Source: Nemertoderma westbladi
Lineage: Eukaryota > Animalia > Xenacoelomorpha
Assembly (NCBI GenBank): GCA_032718475.1
Contig: JAUCBJ010004524.1
Coordinates: 1-64,000 of the forward strand
Direction of reading: 5' to 3'
DNA: 64,000 nt
Below, piece by piece: positions 62,480-64,000 of the stretch. Both the position numbers and the translations under genes were made by a program. The notes under the pieces are model-generated. The model saw only the letters and a program-made list of their open reading frames with translations. It had not been told where the DNA came from and searched no databases. Position 1 is the first letter of the stretch. Every line of letters begins with the position of its first letter.

Positions 62480-63100
62480 AAGAAATTCTAAAAACTCATT
62501 TTGAGAAAAATCCAGATAAAATTTGAACTTTCTCGCGCAAATACTGTCTGTTATTATGAAATAATGTCTGTCAATATATACCTAGCAAAAAGAAAGCACA
62601 AAACCATACTAAGATTTTTGCTATGGGGTTTTCCTGGTCGCTGATTTCATTTCTGTGATCAGTTTAATGAAATCTTATTTGTCTGTATGTCTGTCTGTCG
62701 GTCTTTCTGACTATCCGACAATCTGTCCGTCAAATATAAGAAAAGTGCACACAATCTAGTTAAAAGTATAACTAGAGTGGTTTTCGCGGTTGCAGAATTC
62801 ATTTCGAGAGTCAGTTTTAACATTTGAAGACTTTCAAATTGTCTGTTTGGCAGTCAGTCTGTCGGTTATATTTTGACAGATAGACTGACAGGCATACAGA
62901 CAGAAACGACGAGGTCAAATTTAAATATTGACATAAGAAATGAAGTCACCGACCACGAAAACCCATAGGGAATTTTTTAGACGGATAGTTTGCTTTTTAT
63001 TGATGGACAGACATACTGACGGACAAACCGACTGTCAATCAGACAGACAGACTTATCTCGAGAAATAAGACAGATCTTGCTAAACGTTTTTCAAATTTGG
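62480..63100. mobile_element. Degraded non-autonomous DNA element with inverted internal units
   Basis: gggttttcctggtcgctgatttcat units and (GTCT)/(GACA) tracts occur in opposite orientations. The motifs resemble the 34445 family. Confidence 0.4.
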
Positions 63101-64000
63101 AATCTTGATAAAAATTTGCTCTAGCTGAAACAGAAAAAAAAACAGGATGCCTGTACTACTCCGCTTAATACATTAATAATTTGTGTCTACTTGCGTTTGC
63201 TTGTAATTTATATTAGTATATTATAAAAAATATTTAAATTATAAATATTAATTTTTATTGTTTCATTTATGAATGAAACAATCAAAATTTGATTACACCC
63301 TAACAATATGAATACAATACCACCATATTATAATATTATAAAGTAATATGATACTAATAGATTGAAGTGAACACATGAAGAAACATTAATATGAATTGAT
63401 ATTATATTATTTATTATAATTATCGAGCAAGTTGAGTAAAAATCCTACCGGTAGGTATCCAAGGAAGGACCAAAGTATGTAAAAAACCAAAAAGCAACTG
63501 GACCTAGATGGTGGCATGCAATTAGTGATCAGCTGACGGCAGTAAGTTGACCGGTAGGTTTCGCCTCATAAAGGAAGATATTCTCGGGAGGCCAAGCCAA
63601 GAAATAACATTTAGAGTGTAGTCCAGTAACTATCCACAGGGAAGCAGCACCGCAAACTAGCGTCAATCACGTTTATGCTTGTTGATAATGGCACGGCGCG
63701 TGCGAATATAATACATTTCAAGCTTTTGCAGAACAGGCAACAATGGGTGCAATTACTTTGAAATGTTTAAATAGCTCACGCCAGTCAGTGTATTGGGCTC
63801 GCCACAGTGTGTCATGATGTGGTTGTGTACAGGCTTGCCTTATTCACTACCATCTTTAGCAGTCCCATCCTGGTGCTATCTTATGCGTCAAAAAGTGTTG
63901 AATAGTGTAGATAGCATAGATAGTGTCCAACATATTCCCCCTTATCAAGAGGGACAAGAGAATGAATACACAACGTTAGATGCAAGAATATTTGGGGCGG

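Overview
This is AT-rich, repeat-dense eukaryotic DNA, most likely from an invertebrate bilaterian. I can support only one host gene: a minus-strand class A (rhodopsin-like) GPCR, with exon 1 at 21547-21834 and exon 2 at 12187-12347. Its later exons were not found and probably lie left of the window. Almost everything else is mobile DNA or tandem repeat. It includes an open-ORF Penelope-like retroelement with a downstream U3-A8 hammerhead ribozyme, a decayed Gypsy pol split by a hAT deletion derivative, and RTE, CR1/L2 and CRE-type LINE fragments. There is also a tRNA-derived SINE, a hAT transposase pseudogene, two TTAA-flanked piggyBac-type non-autonomous elements carrying internal satellites, fold-back MITEs, and Helentron-like (HINE) elements whose ~150-bp units each carry a CTCF-like motif. 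The most unusual item is a GC-rich insert at about 30040-33521. It looks like the 3' end of an LTR retrotransposon (polypurine tract plus a TG...CA LTR) carrying a decayed extra ORF with a DEDDy 3'-5' exonuclease domain and three CCHC zinc knuckles. All family calls come from motif recognition by eye; no searches were run.
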